Shown: positions 38,518-47,926, counted from the first letter of the stretch. The stretch is 64,000 nucleotides of DNA from Candidatus Acidiferrales bacterium (GCA_035515795.1 DATJAY010000028.1:5296-69295); one strand, 5' to 3'. Made by a program: numbers and translations. Notes: generated by a model from the letters alone, not told the origin.

Positions 38518-39318
38518 ATGAAAACGGACCAAGCCGCGCAGACAAAAAGAGAATCCACAAAATCGCACTGGGAAAATTTCTGGTCGGAAAAAAAAGAAGT
38601 CCGCGAAGTCTATTCGAATGACGACCGTGTCCTGCGAAACGTCCTGAAAGTTGCAGATCTCAGGGGGAAACGCGTTCTCGAGATAGGGGCCGGAACGGGA
38701 CGAGACAGCTTCGGCATGGTGGAACATGGTGCGAGTGTGTTCATGCTGGACTACTCAAAAAATTCACTGAGCATAATAAACAGCATCGCGGCTCAAGAAA
38801 AAATCGACGTAAGTTCCATCGGCGGAAACGCATTTTCACTTCCGTTCCCCGACGACTCGTTTGACCTGGTTTTTCATCAAGGGCTTCTCGAACACTTTCG
38901 AGAAAATGATGCCAAAAACCTGCTGAAAGAAAATGTTCGGGTCGTTAAAAGTGGCGGGCTGCTTTTGGTCGACGTTCCTCAGCGGTACCACGTCTACACG
39001 GCAATGAAACATATTCTCATCGCACTCGACAAATGGTTTGCGGGCTGGGAACGAGAGTTCTCCATTCCTGAGCTCGACAGGCTTTTGCGATCGCTCGGGG
39101 TTGTACCAGTTTACCGGTACGGCGAGTGGATGTACCCGAGTCTTTTCTACCGGGTCGTGCGCGAAGGACTCGGAAAATTCGGGATAAAACTCCCGCTCAA
39201 TCCAACCCCCATCAGGGCGCTTGCAAATTTCCGCAGGAAAATTAGAGAAACACTCCGCGGGACTCCCATCATGCTCCACACTTCGCTGTCCTGCGGAATC
39301 ATCGCCAGAAAGCCTTAA
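38518..39318 (+). CDS. Class I SAM-dependent methyltransferase
   Basis: SAM motif I VLEIGAGTGRDS and post-I MLDYS. ATG at 38518; the 38485 start is TTG. Confidence 0.8.
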   Translation: MKTDQAAQTKRESTKSHWENFWSEKKEVREVYSNDDRVLRNVLKVADLRGKRVLEIGAGTGRDSFGMVEHGASVFMLDYSKNSLSIINSIAAQEKIDVSSIGGNAFSLPFPDDSFDLVFHQGLLEHFRENDAKNLLKENVRVVKSGGLLLVDVPQRYHVYTAMKHILIALDKWFAGWEREFSIPELDRLLRSLGVVPVYRYGEWMYPSLFYRVVREGLGKFGIKLPLNPTPIRALANFRRKIRETLRGTPIMLHTSLSCGIIARKP

Positions 39319-39347
39319 GACGTGGAATCAAAATTCAAAACGCAAAA

Positions 39348-40409
39348 TTGAAAATTCTCGTCATCGCTCTCTCCGGAATCGGGGACGCCCTCCTCTTCAC
39401 TCCCGCGGCATCGCTGATAAGAAAAAATTTTCCGGGAACCGGGATCGATGCGCTCGTCATGTTTAAGGGCGCAAAGGAAATTTATGAGCAGAGCGGACTC
39501 TTCGACAAAGTCCTCTTCCATGATTTTTTGAGCGCGCCAAAGACAGAGTCGCTGGGAGTTGTGCTCGGCCTTCGGAAAAAATACGACGCGTCTATAGATG
39601 TATATCCCTCGAATAGAAGAGAATATAATATCATACAATTCTTAATCGGTGCGAGAAAACGCGGCGCGGTCAGTTATCTGCGGCGTGATTCACTGGAGCT
39701 GGGATTTCTAAACAACGTTCGGCTGACGGAAAACGATCTGCTCCACAACGTTCAGGAAAATATTCGCATGTGCGAGAAGCTGCTGGATTTTTCCGCAGCC
39801 GAAGAGCCCGACCTTGTTTTACCGATCGACGAAAAACAGCAGGGAGATAAATACCTCGCAAATGCGGGCATAAAAGACTCAGATCTTGTGATCGGATTTC
39901 ATGCCGGTTCAGCGACTTTCAAAAACCAAGCGAAGAGACGATGGGAGCCGGAAAAGTTTTCAGAGCTGGCAAAATTGCTGGCGGAGAAGAATAATGCCCA
40001 CATCTTGATATTCGGGGGACCGGATGAAACCGACCTGAAAAATAAAATCCGGGACGGTTCAGGAACGCCGAGAGTTTTGATACCGCAAACGGAATCAATC
40101 CTAGCAAACGCAGCACTGGTAAAAAGATGCAGCATTTTCGTCACGAACGATTCCGGGTTGATGCACCTTGCTTCGGCATTGAAAATACCGACGGTGGCCA
40201 TAATCGGACCGACAAACACGAATTACATTCATCCATGGCACACCAGCTACGAGATCGCGTCGCTTTATCTTGATTGTTCGCCGTGCTTCTTCTACTCTCC
40301 CCGGCCGCTTACCTGCTCGCGAACGGATATAAAATTCAAATGCATCAAAGAACTTCCTGTTGAAATGGTTTACCAGAAAGTTATCCGCCTCCTGAATAAA
40401 AACATATAG
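39348..40409 (+). CDS. Glycosyltransferase family 9 (LPS heptosyltransferase-like)
   Basis: MKILVIALSGIGDALLFTPA, HAGSATFKNQAKRRWEPEKF, and TNDSGLMHLASALKIPTVAIIGPT. The start codon is TTG. Confidence 0.85.
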   Translation: MKILVIALSGIGDALLFTPAASLIRKNFPGTGIDALVMFKGAKEIYEQSGLFDKVLFHDFLSAPKTESLGVVLGLRKKYDASIDVYPSNRREYNIIQFLIGARKRGAVSYLRRDSLELGFLNNVRLTENDLLHNVQENIRMCEKLLDFSAAEEPDLVLPIDEKQQGDKYLANAGIKDSDLVIGFHAGSATFKNQAKRRWEPEKFSELAKLLAEKNNAHILIFGGPDETDLKNKIRDGSGTPRVLIPQTESILANAALVKRCSIFVTNDSGLMHLASALKIPTVAIIGPTNTNYIHPWHTSYEIASLYLDCSPCFFYSPRPLTCSRTDIKFKCIKELPVEMVYQKVIRLLNKNI

Positions 40410-40474
40410 GCGGTCCTTATCCGCCGATTTCCAGCCAAAGGCAAAGAACAGCGTGCTAATTGGTGTTCCTCCAC

Positions 40475-40503
40475 TTGACAAACACTCTGAAAAGAGTTAT
40501 CAT
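40475..40503 (+). promoter_or_regulatory. Sigma-70-like promoter (TTGACA, 17-nt spacer, TATCAT)
   Basis: TTGACA at 40475-40480, a 17-nt spacer, then TATCAT at 40498-40503. It lies about 220 nt upstream of the 40726 gene. Whether this lineage uses sigma-70 consensus promoters is not established here. Confidence 0.3.
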
Positions 40504-40529
40504 ATCATGGTACACGAAAGGAGAGCATC

Positions 40530-40694
40530 GTGAGGAGGATACTGAATTCCGAATTGTTGATTTTGCAGGCACCCTGCTCGGAGTGGTCGACCCGGAAGGC
40601 CTTACCTGCCAAAATTTTTCATTTCCCGCAATCCTGCGATGTTGCGGCCGCGTACGTCCCGAGCCGCCTGATTAAGCGCCTAATTTCAATCTAA
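40530..40694 (+). CDS. Possible 54-codon small ORF in the leader of the 40726 gene
   Basis: AAGGAG lies 6 nt before a GTG start. Translation: MRRILNSELLILQAPCSEWSTRKALPAKIFHFPQSCDVAAAYVPSRLIKRLISI. It is below the ORF-track cutoff and has no recognisable homology. The region could instead be a structured leader RNA. Confidence 0.2.
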   Translation: MRRILNSELLILQAPCSEWSTRKALPAKIFHFPQSCDVAAAYVPSRLIKRLISI

Positions 40695-40725
40695 AACTTA
40701 AGATTTCAAGGGAACGAGGCTGATC

Positions 40726-41157
40726 ATGGGAGCCATAAATGAAAGCTATTGGGAGACGTTCGTCGCCATCATGGCGGCATTTGCATTTCTTGCACTTCTT
40801 ATTGAGCGTGCGCTCTACCAGGTGTTTGATTCCAGGATTTGGAAATGGGTCGAGGCTTACCTGGATCGACAAACCGGGCTCGATTATTTTGACTTGAAAC
40901 CCTGGATTTCTGCCGCCGTCTCAATCGCAATCGTCTTTCAGTTCAATCTCGATATGGTTAGGACTATTTTCAATTCGACCGAATCCCATCCTCTATCGAT
41001 GATCATCACCGGGTTGTTTGTCTCAGGCGGAAGCACGGGTGTCTACAAGTTTTTCAAGCGTGCTCGTCAAGTCAAAGATGCCATGGCAGAGCAAAAGATG
41101 ACTCTGGTCAAAACCAACAAGCGAAGCCTCGCCCAAAAACGGGAAAACGAAACATAG
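40726..41157 (+). CDS. Small 3-TM membrane protein, unknown function
   Basis: Three hydrophobic helices (FVAIMAAFAFLALLI, ISAAVSIAIVFQF, LSMIITGLFVSGGSTGV) and a basic C-terminal tail. It lies directly upstream of the C1 peptidase. Confidence 0.6.
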   Translation: MGAINESYWETFVAIMAAFAFLALLIERALYQVFDSRIWKWVEAYLDRQTGLDYFDLKPWISAAVSIAIVFQFNLDMVRTIFNSTESHPLSMIITGLFVSGGSTGVYKFFKRARQVKDAMAEQKMTLVKTNKRSLAQKRENET

Positions 41158-41238
41158 GAATAACTGTTGCAGCCGAACGACCGACAATTTCAGAATTCAA
41201 CTATCAAATAACTCAAAGCCAAAAAGCAGGAGGATCAT

Positions 41239-42057
41239 ATGGCAAAGCGAAAGAAAGTATCCCGCGCGGGAAAATCGCGGAGCACACGAAAGACACAATC
41301 CGGCAAACTCGGCTACGGCTGGCTGCCCGATCTGCCGGATCACCGGGATCTCTTGTACGGACAAATTCGTCCGGCAATTGCCCCACTTCCATCTTCGATG
41401 GATCTTCGACCGACTTGTTCACCCGTTGAAAACCAAGGACAACTTGGAAGTTGTACGGCAAACGCACTGGTCGGCGCGCTTGAATTCTTGGAGAAGAAAG
41501 ACGGCATGAAACTCGTCGACCTGAGCAGACTCTTCATTTATTATGACGAGCGCGCCGTTGAACACACGGTAAAGTCAGATTCCGGCGCGCAAATCCGTGA
41601 TGGCATTAAAACGCTCGCCAAACAGGGAGTGTGTCCGGAAAAAGAATGGCCCTACAACGTCGCAAAATTTGCAGCCAAGCCATCAGCGAAGTGTTACAAA
41701 GATGCGCTCCAGCATGTTATCACTTCGTACCAGCGCATCCTGACGTTAGACGAAATGCGAAGCTGTCTTGCCGGTGGATTCCCATTTGTATTTGGGTTCA
41801 CGGTCTATGAAAGTTTCGAGTCGCAGCAAGTCGCGCAAACCGGGATCTTAAACATGCCACAGCCGGGCGAGAAGGTGATGGGCGGTCATGCGGTAGTTGC
41901 CGTTGGTTATGATGATTCACAGAAACGTTTCATCATACGCAATTCGTGGGGAGCAAGCTGGGGACAGCGCGGCTATTTTACAATGCCCTATGATTATCTC
42001 GCCGACAGAAATCTGTCGGATGACATCTGGACAATTCGAAGAGGCGAACACATGTAG
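41239..42057 (+). CDS. Papain-family (C1A) cysteine peptidase without signal peptide or CTD
   Basis: The catalytic set is intact: Gln and Cys in ENQGQLGSCTANAL, His in GGHAVVAVGYDD, Asn-Ser-Trp in IRNSWGASWGQRGYF. Strong SD (AGGAGGATCAT-ATG). The N-terminus MAKRKKVSRAGKSRSTRKTQSGK is highly basic and not hydrophobic. Confidence 0.9.
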   Translation: MAKRKKVSRAGKSRSTRKTQSGKLGYGWLPDLPDHRDLLYGQIRPAIAPLPSSMDLRPTCSPVENQGQLGSCTANALVGALEFLEKKDGMKLVDLSRLFIYYDERAVEHTVKSDSGAQIRDGIKTLAKQGVCPEKEWPYNVAKFAAKPSAKCYKDALQHVITSYQRILTLDEMRSCLAGGFPFVFGFTVYESFESQQVAQTGILNMPQPGEKVMGGHAVVAVGYDDSQKRFIIRNSWGASWGQRGYFTMPYDYLADRNLSDDIWTIRRGEHM

Positions 42058-42070
42058 TAAGCTCACAAGT

Positions 42071-42118
42071 CATGGCTCATAGATCGTGACTTCGTATCTG
42101 TGAGCCATGAAGTTTTTC
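42071..42118 (+). terminator. Rho-independent terminator after the C1 peptidase gene
   Basis: CATGGCTCA-(21-nt loop)-TGAGCCATG followed by AAGTTTTTC. An alternative pairing, GCTCACA/TGTGAGC, overlaps it. Confidence 0.55.
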
Positions 42119-42320
42119 TAAATACTTGGGAAGATATCATTTGTGGACTTGCCATTCCTGCATTTCGGTTTGACAAGTTCTTCGCGCTGAAAGTTTTTCA
42201 GTTGGAATGAAATACGTTTTCCGATACATTAAGATGTGTGTCACGGGTTTGTATGCAGCATAACTTCATGAAATACTACCATGTGAAGCAGAGATTACGA
42301 ATTCACGGTTGCGGACAGTC

Positions 42321-43634
42321 ATGAAGAAATTCATTTCAACACTCTTGATCCTGGTGCTCGCGGCAGATCTTCTAAATGCGCAGGGATCAAAAGTCACCAT
42401 AACCACTCACGACGGCGGTTGCCATACGTGGAGAATTCTTTTTGCCGACAGCAGTACACTTGTGGTCTGGAAAAGTGATTCGTCGTATGACGCTGACAAG
42501 ATCAGTGAATATGCAGCGCGGCTGTACCCTTCTGAGATAAATCGCATTATTGTTCCGAGACATAGCTGTTTGTGGGCCGGGGCAGGCATAGGTCTTTTGA
42601 CCGGCGCCGCGGTCGGAGCTTTTATAGGCTACTCTTCCGGCGACGATCCAGCCGATGAGTTTCTCAGCATGAATGCCAGCGAAAAGGCAGAACTAGCAGG
42701 AATCTTTCTCGGCCTCAGTGGAGCAATCTTCGGAGGAACTGTGGGTGCTGCGCACGGACTTGACGACGATGACTTCATCCTGAACGGACATCAGGAGAGA
42801 TACATTGCAGTATTGCCGGAGTTGCAGGAAAACGCCTTGTTTCAATCTACACCCCCGCCTGAGCTGCGTGATTTCATTTCGCGAAGCGCAGAGCCCTCTG
42901 TTCAAAGTCGCAGATTGACTTCTAATGAAATGAATCGATTACCCGAGCCTCCGATCCCAAGGGTCCATCTTTCGGTGAGTGGAGCGGTATCTATAACAGG
43001 ACCGGCGGGTGACAATCTCAATGCGGCATTTAATTCTTCCGGCTTCGGAGGAACGGTGAATGGCTGGCTTGGAACTGCATACTATCCAAGCAATTATGGG
43101 AATCCTTTTGCGTGGGATATTTCCAGCGACTATGATCTAGCCAGCAATATTCGGTTAGGATTGAGATACATTAGCGACATTGCAGAGCGGGATGTCGAGG
43201 GTCCGGATGAGGAAACCGAAGGCAGTCGCGGTATTTCTTACAGCTTGCTTTTAACATACGTAGCCTTACCTGTGGATAGTCTGCTTTCATCACGCTCCGA
43301 AGTTGCACTTGAGGCCGGTCCAAGTTTCAATTCGTTGTACGTCGGCGGGACGTTGTCTGCGGAGTATTTGTCCGCCGGATTCGTCTATACAGCAGTTCTG
43401 TTCCATGAGAGAAAGAACGTGTTGGGATATCAAGTTTGTGCCAGTTACGACTATTACTTTTCGCGCCACGTTTCGCTTCACTGTATGCTGAGTGGAAATT
43501 TCATCCCCTCGTCGGTTGATGTGCAGGAGGTACAATACACAAATCCTTCCAACGGTGAAACGAAAACGCTCAAGGCCCATTCCGTGAATTTTTCGGAGCT
43601 TTATATCTCCACCGGCATTCGATTCCATTTTTAA
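42321..43634 (+). CDS. Hypothetical outer-membrane protein with glycine-zipper segments and a C-terminal beta-barrel-like domain
   Basis: Signal peptide MKKFISTLLILVLAADLLNAQ from the ATG at 42321. Glycine zippers: GAGIGLLTGAAVGAFIGY and LAGIFLGLSGAIFGGTVGAAHG. The C-terminus ...LYISTGIRFHF ends in an aromatic residue, as OM barrels do. Confidence 0.55.
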   Translation: MKKFISTLLILVLAADLLNAQGSKVTITTHDGGCHTWRILFADSSTLVVWKSDSSYDADKISEYAARLYPSEINRIIVPRHSCLWAGAGIGLLTGAAVGAFIGYSSGDDPADEFLSMNASEKAELAGIFLGLSGAIFGGTVGAAHGLDDDDFILNGHQERYIAVLPELQENALFQSTPPPELRDFISRSAEPSVQSRRLTSNEMNRLPEPPIPRVHLSVSGAVSITGPAGDNLNAAFNSSGFGGTVNGWLGTAYYPSNYGNPFAWDISSDYDLASNIRLGLRYISDIAERDVEGPDEETEGSRGISYSLLLTYVALPVDSLLSSRSEVALEAGPSFNSLYVGGTLSAEYLSAGFVYTAVLFHERKNVLGYQVCASYDYYFSRHVSLHCMLSGNFIPSSVDVQEVQYTNPSNGETKTLKAHSVNFSELYISTGIRFHF

Positions 43635-43726
43635 TATGGCGATTCATCCTTATTGAAGATGGGTCAAGGAAATACCATATTCTTTTTTAAGGCTTCACAT
43701 CGGCCGGCTGTAAGCTATCCCCTTCA

Positions 43727-43749
43727 TTGAGTTGATTCTAAGAACTCAA
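43727..43749. promoter_or_regulatory. 7-bp inverted repeat upstream of the CDF transporter gene
   Basis: TTGAGTT-gattctaag-AACTCAA, ending 17 nt before the ATG at 43767. Confidence 0.25.
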
Positions 43750-43766
43750 CTCATCAAATTCCAAAG

Positions 43767-44720
43767 ATGGAGCCCGAGTACATTGCCGAGAAGTCTGTGT
43801 TCGTCGAAAAAGTTCATGTAGGAAGGCCGCTTCTTTACTCAATACTTCTAAACGGGTTGATTACAGTGGTGGAGCTGATCGGCGGCATTCTGTCCGGAAG
43901 CCTGGCACTCATCTCTGACGCGATGCACAACTTCAGCGACTTCATCGCGCTGATAATCAGTCTGATCGCCAGCCGGATGATGGACTGGGCAGGCAACACC
44001 AAGAAATCCTACGGCTACTTCCGTTTCGAAATCCTTGCGGCATTCATAAACTCCGTTCTCCTCGTTCTCATCGGCATTTATATAATTTATGAGGCGCTTG
44101 CTCGCTTTCGACATCCGGTGCACATCGATTCGGTAATGATGCTGATAGTAGCAATTGTCGGGTTAGCGGCAAATCTGTCGTCGGTTTTGCTGCTTCGCAA
44201 GCATAGAAGAGAAAATCTCAACATCAAGAGTGCCTTTCTCCATTTGATAACGGATACTCTGGAGTCCGGAGCTGTGATCGTCACCGCTGCAATTATCACC
44301 TTCATAAAATTTTCCTCGCTTGATTTGATCATGTCCGTCGTCATCGGCGTCTTCATCATAAAGAGTTCGTGGGACTTGCTGCTCGAATCGACCAACATCC
44401 TTACCGAAGGCTCCCCAAGAGGAATCGATCTCAACGAAGTGGGAAGCTTCATAAAGGATTTTCCGGGAGTCAAAGGGGTACACCATCTTCACATCTGGAG
44501 TTTGTCGTCCAATTTCCGCGCTTTGTCGGCGCATATCGTGGTCGATGACATGCAGCTCAGCCGCACTATTGAAATAACCTGGGAGCTAGAGCAGCAGCTT
44601 GCAGCGAGATTCAGCATCGACCATCCGACGTTCCAGCTGGAGACCCGGCTGAACCAAGATTGCGGCGAAGAATTGATTCCGCAGTATAAAGACGGAAACC
44701 GCAGATCAAAGACCTCTTGA
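43767..44720 (+). CDS. Cation diffusion facilitator (CzcD/ZitB-type) metal efflux transporter
   Basis: Six TM segments, SLALISDAMHNFSDF, HLITDTLES, and a C-terminal cytoplasmic domain with HHLHIWSLS. Confidence 0.9.
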   Translation: MEPEYIAEKSVFVEKVHVGRPLLYSILLNGLITVVELIGGILSGSLALISDAMHNFSDFIALIISLIASRMMDWAGNTKKSYGYFRFEILAAFINSVLLVLIGIYIIYEALARFRHPVHIDSVMMLIVAIVGLAANLSSVLLLRKHRRENLNIKSAFLHLITDTLESGAVIVTAAIITFIKFSSLDLIMSVVIGVFIIKSSWDLLLESTNILTEGSPRGIDLNEVGSFIKDFPGVKGVHHLHIWSLSSNFRALSAHIVVDDMQLSRTIEITWELEQQLAARFSIDHPTFQLETRLNQDCGEELIPQYKDGNRRSKTS

Positions 44721-47644
44721 TGAGTTCCAATCCACAAAACATTGAAAGCGACCTGAGAAAAAAGATCTCGGGTGAAGTACTCTTCGACGAGATTTCCCGA
44801 ACGCTCTTCAGCACGGATGCCTGCATGTACCAGATCAAGCCGCTCGGCGTCGTGGTGCCAAGGAATATCGAAGATGTCATCGAGACAGTCCGATATTGCT
44901 CCGAGCGGCAAATTCCGATTACGAGCCGGGGAGCCGGCACAAGTCTGGCCGGGCAATCGATCGGGAGCGGGATTATCCTTGTCTTCAATAAATATTTCCG
45001 GGAGATACTCGGCATCGATGAGGCAAAACAATCTGCAAGTGTACAGCCCGGAGTAGTTTTGGACAAGCTCGACAGATACCTCTTGCCGCATGGGGTTATG
45101 TTCGGTCCCGATCCATCCACAGGTAAGCAATGCGTCATCGGCGGAATGATCGGAACGAACGCGGCGGGTCCGCACACGGTTAAGTACGGTGCCACGAAGG
45201 ACAACGTGCTCGAGTTGAAGGTCGTTACGTCCGGGGGAGAACTTCGGACTTTTTCGGCAGAAGCGTCTGAAAACGAATTCATCAGGAAAGTGGGGGACAT
45301 CCTTCTCCCCCATAAGAACTTGATTGACAAAAGATTTCCGAAGACCTCGAAAAATTCTTCAGGCTACAACCTGAAGGACACGGTCAAAGACGGCGCGATA
45401 GACCTGACAAAACTGCTCTGCGGAAGCGAAGGGACACTCGGGATAGTCGTCGAAGCAAGATTAAAACTGGTCCGTCTTCCAAAAGAGAGAAGGAACCTGA
45501 TCGCATATTTTTCATCCTACGAATCGTGCGCCGCCGCCGCAAAAGATTCCTTGCAATTCGGTCCGTCGGCAGTGGAGATGCTGGACAAAACCTTCTCGAA
45601 CACGGCGCTCGGCATCGATCCGGTATTGGACGAGATACTTAAACAGAATTTCGTCTCGATAGTTATTTTTGAGTTTGAGGAAACAGAACCAGGTCTTGCA
45701 GAAGGGAAGATTTCCAGGCTATCCGAGCATCTCAAAATCCTGGGGTTAAGTCAAAGGCAGATCATGCCGCGCGACCAAAATGAGGCATCCAAACTCTGGC
45801 GAGTTCGCAAGGAAGCGTCCGCAATCTTTTACAAAATAGAAAAGCCCGGAAAGAAGACTTCGTTTGTGGAGGACGTTGCCGTCCCGATTGAAAGACTTCC
45901 GGTTTACCTGGTTGGTGTGCAGAGAATTCTCAAAAGATACGACCTGCAATGTGCTCTTTATGGCCACGCTGGCGACGGAAACACTCACACCATTCTCCTC
46001 CTCGATCAGAAGAACAGGGAGCATCTGGCGAAAATCGATCCGATCGCAAATGAAATTTATGATCTTGCAATATCCCTTGGCGGAACTCTGAGCGGCGAGC
46101 ATGGCGACGGACTCTTGCGAACTCCTTTCCTGTCCAAACTCTATGGCGAAGAGATTTATTCGCTTTTCAAAGGAGTGAAGGAAATTTTTGATCCGGACGG
46201 AATAATGAATCCGGGGAAAATCATCGGAAGCCAAAACGAGTCCGTCGTCCACGACCTACGTTATGGTGAAAATTACAGAAGAGTCGGAACGGCGACATCT
46301 CTCGACGAGGCTGACATGGCAAACGAGATAGAGAAATGCCATGGCTGCGGATTGTGCCTGAGTTACTGTCCGACAGCTCTCGCAACATTTGACGAGAGGG
46401 CGACCCCGCGCGCAAAAGGAAATGTACTTCGTGGAATTATAAGCGGGGGTTTGGACTCGGACATTTTGGGGAAACAGGATTTCAAGGATGTTCTCGACTA
46501 CTGCTTCAACTGCAAGCTTTGTCTTACAGAATGTCCAACGCAGATCGACATTCCCGGAATGGTGATCGAGGCGAAGACGATCTTTTTTGAAAAGACAGAA
46601 AAATCCCGACAAGATAAATTTATCAATCGACTCCCGATTTTTTCGGCCGCCGCTTCGGTTAGCCCGACGATCGCGAACCTGGCATCGGGTCTGAAGATTT
46701 TTCGCAAGCTTACAGAAAAGTTATTCGGCATCGACTATCGAAGACAGCTCCCCCTTTTCCACAAACCGCTTTTTAAACGAATTGGATTAAATAGAAAGAC
46801 GGAGACCCCCCAAGGCAGAGTCATTTACTTTTCCGGCTGCTTTGCAAACTACAATGACGTTACAGGCGAAGGACTTGCCGCAGTAGAAGTACTCAGGCGA
46901 AACCGGATTGATGTTCGAGTGCTCGACAGCCTTCGTTGCTGCGGGATTGCACGTATAACTACAGGGAGCAAAAGTGAGGTGATCCCCGATGCCGCGTGGA
47001 ACACAGCTCAGCTTGAAACTTACATAGATCAAGGCTTCGACATAGTTTTCTCCGCCCCAAGCTGCGCGCTGGCGGTAAAAGAAGATTATCCAATTTTGCT
47101 CGCTACCTCTTCTGCGGAAAAAGTCGCCGCACATTCATTCGAGCTCTCAGATTATCTTTCAGTACTCCATAAGGAAGGTAAACTTAACACGGACTTTGGC
47201 CCGATTGAAAAATCTGTTACATATCATAATCCGTGTCATTCGATTCCTCTCGGCGTAAGAAAGCAGCCGATCGATCTGATGCGACTCATCCCTGATCTAG
47301 AAATCTTAGAACTGGACGAGGATACCTGCTGCGGAATGGCGGGAACTTTCGGTTTGAAAAAACAATTCTATGATCTTTCAATGGAAGCGGGGGCAAATTT
47401 ATTCGACCAGATAAAGGACAGGAAGGTCGATTCCGTAATTACGACCTGCGGAACATGCAACATCCAGATTTCGCAAGGCGCAAACGTGAAAGTTGAGCAT
47501 CTCGCAAAGATCTTACTGGAAAGCTATAGGATGTACGACGGGACAGCAGGTCAGCACAAGAACGCGCAAAAAGGATTTTCAGATGAAGAAACCGTGTCAA
47601 AAATTTTGCAAACGGATTCCTTCGGGAAAAGCCTTATAGAATAA
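44720..47644 (+). CDS. FAD-binding oxidase fused to a 2x[4Fe-4S] / 2xCCG domain (GlcD-GlcF / D-lactate dehydrogenase-like)
   Basis: PCMH-type FAD domain (PLGVVVPRNIEDV...ITSRGAGTSLAGQS). Ferredoxin motifs CHGCGLCLSYCP and CFNCKLCLTECP. CCG motifs LRCCGIA and DTCCGMAGTFG. The ATG overlaps the upstream TGA (TGATG). Confidence 0.85.
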   Translation: MSSNPQNIESDLRKKISGEVLFDEISRTLFSTDACMYQIKPLGVVVPRNIEDVIETVRYCSERQIPITSRGAGTSLAGQSIGSGIILVFNKYFREILGIDEAKQSASVQPGVVLDKLDRYLLPHGVMFGPDPSTGKQCVIGGMIGTNAAGPHTVKYGATKDNVLELKVVTSGGELRTFSAEASENEFIRKVGDILLPHKNLIDKRFPKTSKNSSGYNLKDTVKDGAIDLTKLLCGSEGTLGIVVEARLKLVRLPKERRNLIAYFSSYESCAAAAKDSLQFGPSAVEMLDKTFSNTALGIDPVLDEILKQNFVSIVIFEFEETEPGLAEGKISRLSEHLKILGLSQRQIMPRDQNEASKLWRVRKEASAIFYKIEKPGKKTSFVEDVAVPIERLPVYLVGVQRILKRYDLQCALYGHAGDGNTHTILLLDQKNREHLAKIDPIANEIYDLAISLGGTLSGEHGDGLLRTPFLSKLYGEEIYSLFKGVKEIFDPDGIMNPGKIIGSQNESVVHDLRYGENYRRVGTATSLDEADMANEIEKCHGCGLCLSYCPTALATFDERATPRAKGNVLRGIISGGLDSDILGKQDFKDVLDYCFNCKLCLTECPTQIDIPGMVIEAKTIFFEKTEKSRQDKFINRLPIFSAAASVSPTIANLASGLKIFRKLTEKLFGIDYRRQLPLFHKPLFKRIGLNRKTETPQGRVIYFSGCFANYNDVTGEGLAAVEVLRRNRIDVRVLDSLRCCGIARITTGSKSEVIPDAAWNTAQLETYIDQGFDIVFSAPSCALAVKEDYPILLATSSAEKVAAHSFELSDYLSVLHKEGKLNTDFGPIEKSVTYHNPCHSIPLGVRKQPIDLMRLIPDLEILELDEDTCCGMAGTFGLKKQFYDLSMEAGANLFDQIKDRKVDSVITTCGTCNIQISQGANVKVEHLAKILLESYRMYDGTAGQHKNAQKGFSDEETVSKILQTDSFGKSLIE

Positions 47645-47926
47645 GCATGAACAGTTCCGCTATGCAGGTGAATTAGTTTTCTCCCTACTTTCGCATTTTT
47701 CTATCTCCCACTACGTAAAGCGGTCGACTAACATCTCCCGCTAAAAACCAACAGGGCTGCCCTCTTAACAATTTCTTCCTGAAAAGGCATTGTCCCCTTA
47801 ACCATCGCTTAATACCACTTCGGTATTTTGATCCGAGATTCGTCTGACGAATGGGTTCAGAGGGATAGACGTCTCACAGTCAAAGCGATTTCAAAAACTT
47901 GTTTCATTTTCATGGAAGAAGGGTTC

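Noticed and set aside
40663-40684. Resemblance of CCGCCTGATTAAGCGCCTA to the 3' half of the fluoride (crcB) riboswitch (CCGCC...CTGATGA..CCTA).
   Set aside because: The 5' half (GGnGATGGnGTTC-type) and the intervening P3 hairpin are missing. The downstream genes are also not fluoride-related. I consider it a chance similarity.
44489-45330. Two long minus-strand ORFs (274 and 239 aa) across the CDF / FAD-Fe-S gene junction.
   Set aside because: They are antisense to two strongly motif-supported genes, have no recognisable motifs, and are Arg/Ser/Pro-rich as expected of shadow frames.
47828-47926. The upstream TTG-initiated extension of the TonB-dependent receptor ORF.
   Set aside because: The signal peptide begins at the ATG at 47927. 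The extension is hydrophilic and contains palindromes that are better read as leader or operator DNA.
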